A DNA stretch of 37,875 nt from an uncultured virus (IMG/VR IMGVR_UViG_3300006879_000002) (lineage: Duplodnaviria > Heunggongvirae > Uroviricota > Caudoviricetes), in the IMG/VR virus record IMGVR_UViG_3300006879_000002. One strand, written 5' to 3'. The position numbers were made by a program, and so were the translations under genes. Positions 37,471 through 37,875 of this stretch are shown here, one piece after another. The stretch's first letter is position 1. The number at the start of each line of letters is the position of its first letter. Under the pieces are notes generated by a model that saw nothing but the letters and a program-made list of their open reading frames with translations, had not been told where the DNA came from and ran no database searches.

Positions 37471-37719
37471 ATGCACACCGCCGCCCGCACCCCCCTTGCG
37501 GACCACATCCGCCGCGACCTCGACTACCTGGCGGGCTTTCCTGGCGACGGCACCGGAGCCACCCAGGAGGGCCGGGCGCTGCAAGCGACCCAGGCGGAGG
37601 CAGCCGTGGCCGACTGGATGGCCATGAACGCCCCCACGGCGGTCCCAGCGCTACGAGAAGCGGGCCTGGCGATCTGGACCCCCGCCGACGGGTACGGGGA
37701 CGGGCACCCAGATGAGTAG
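37471..37719 (+). CDS. Small hypothetical protein (82 aa; start re-assigned)
   Basis: TG-C-TATAGT at ~37420-37428 and a GAGGA RBS before the ATG at 37471. Confidence 0.65.
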   Translation: MHTAARTPLADHIRRDLDYLAGFPGDGTGATQEGRALQATQAEAAVADWMAMNAPTAVPALREAGLAIWTPADGYGDGHPDE

Positions 37720-37875
37720 CACGCCCGCGCCCGAACCGATCCAGGGGGACGATCTGGACGATTTCACGGCGGAACTGCGCCAAGCCCTGGACGAAGCTGT
37801 CGCCGCTTGCTCCGATAAGAACCACCAGTGGCGTGCTATGTACGATGCCACCACGGCGCTGCTGATCCGCCACCG
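37712..37875 (+). CDS. Hypothetical protein, 3' truncated by the window end
   Basis: The ATG overlaps the end of the previous gene; MSSTPAPEPIQGDDLDDFTAELRQALDEAV... stays open to the end of the window. Confidence 0.6.
   Translation, partial: MSSTPAPEPIQGDDLDDFTAELRQALDEAVAACSDKNHQWRAMYDATTALLIRH

Larger units (their letters stand above)
1..37875. mobile_element. Segment of an actinobacterial conjugative plasmid or ICE (both ends outside the window)
   Basis: Gram-positive T4SS gene set, coupling protein, putative relaxase, ParA/RHH partition pair and no housekeeping genes. Plasmid versus ICE cannot be decided because no integrase or Rep is seen. Confidence 0.85.

Overview
High-GC DNA with clear actinobacterial hallmarks (a WhiB-family gene, GGAGG RBSs, TGn-extended -10 boxes). 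It looks like part of a large conjugative plasmid or ICE; no integrase, transposase, rRNA, tRNA or CRISPR array is visible. Left to right: (1) a + strand operon with a 5'-truncated FtsK/SpoIIIE ATPase carrying a C-terminal Zn-finger, a RusA-like resolvase and two tandem paralogous GT-A-like glycosyltransferases, followed by whiB; (2) a type Ib parA plus RHH partition pair; (3) a ~21.5 kb minus-strand Gram-positive T4SS region with a Replic_Relax-type putative relaxase, VirD4-like coupling protein, TcpC, TcpE, VirB4, VirB6-like protein, a membrane NERD nuclease, a three-domain cell-wall hydrolase interrupted by one in-frame TAG, lipoproteins and a degenerate ADP-ribosyltransferase-fold protein; (4) a ~1.6 kb non-coding, strongly G/T-skewed, hairpin-rich oriT/sso-like region; (5) a leading-region-like cluster of small genes, HTH regulators and pseudogenes. 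A 14-bp quasi-palindrome, GTAAC-GGGT-GTTAC, occurs 8 times, only between 29.2 and 37.4 kb. All family calls come from reading motifs by eye, not from database searches.
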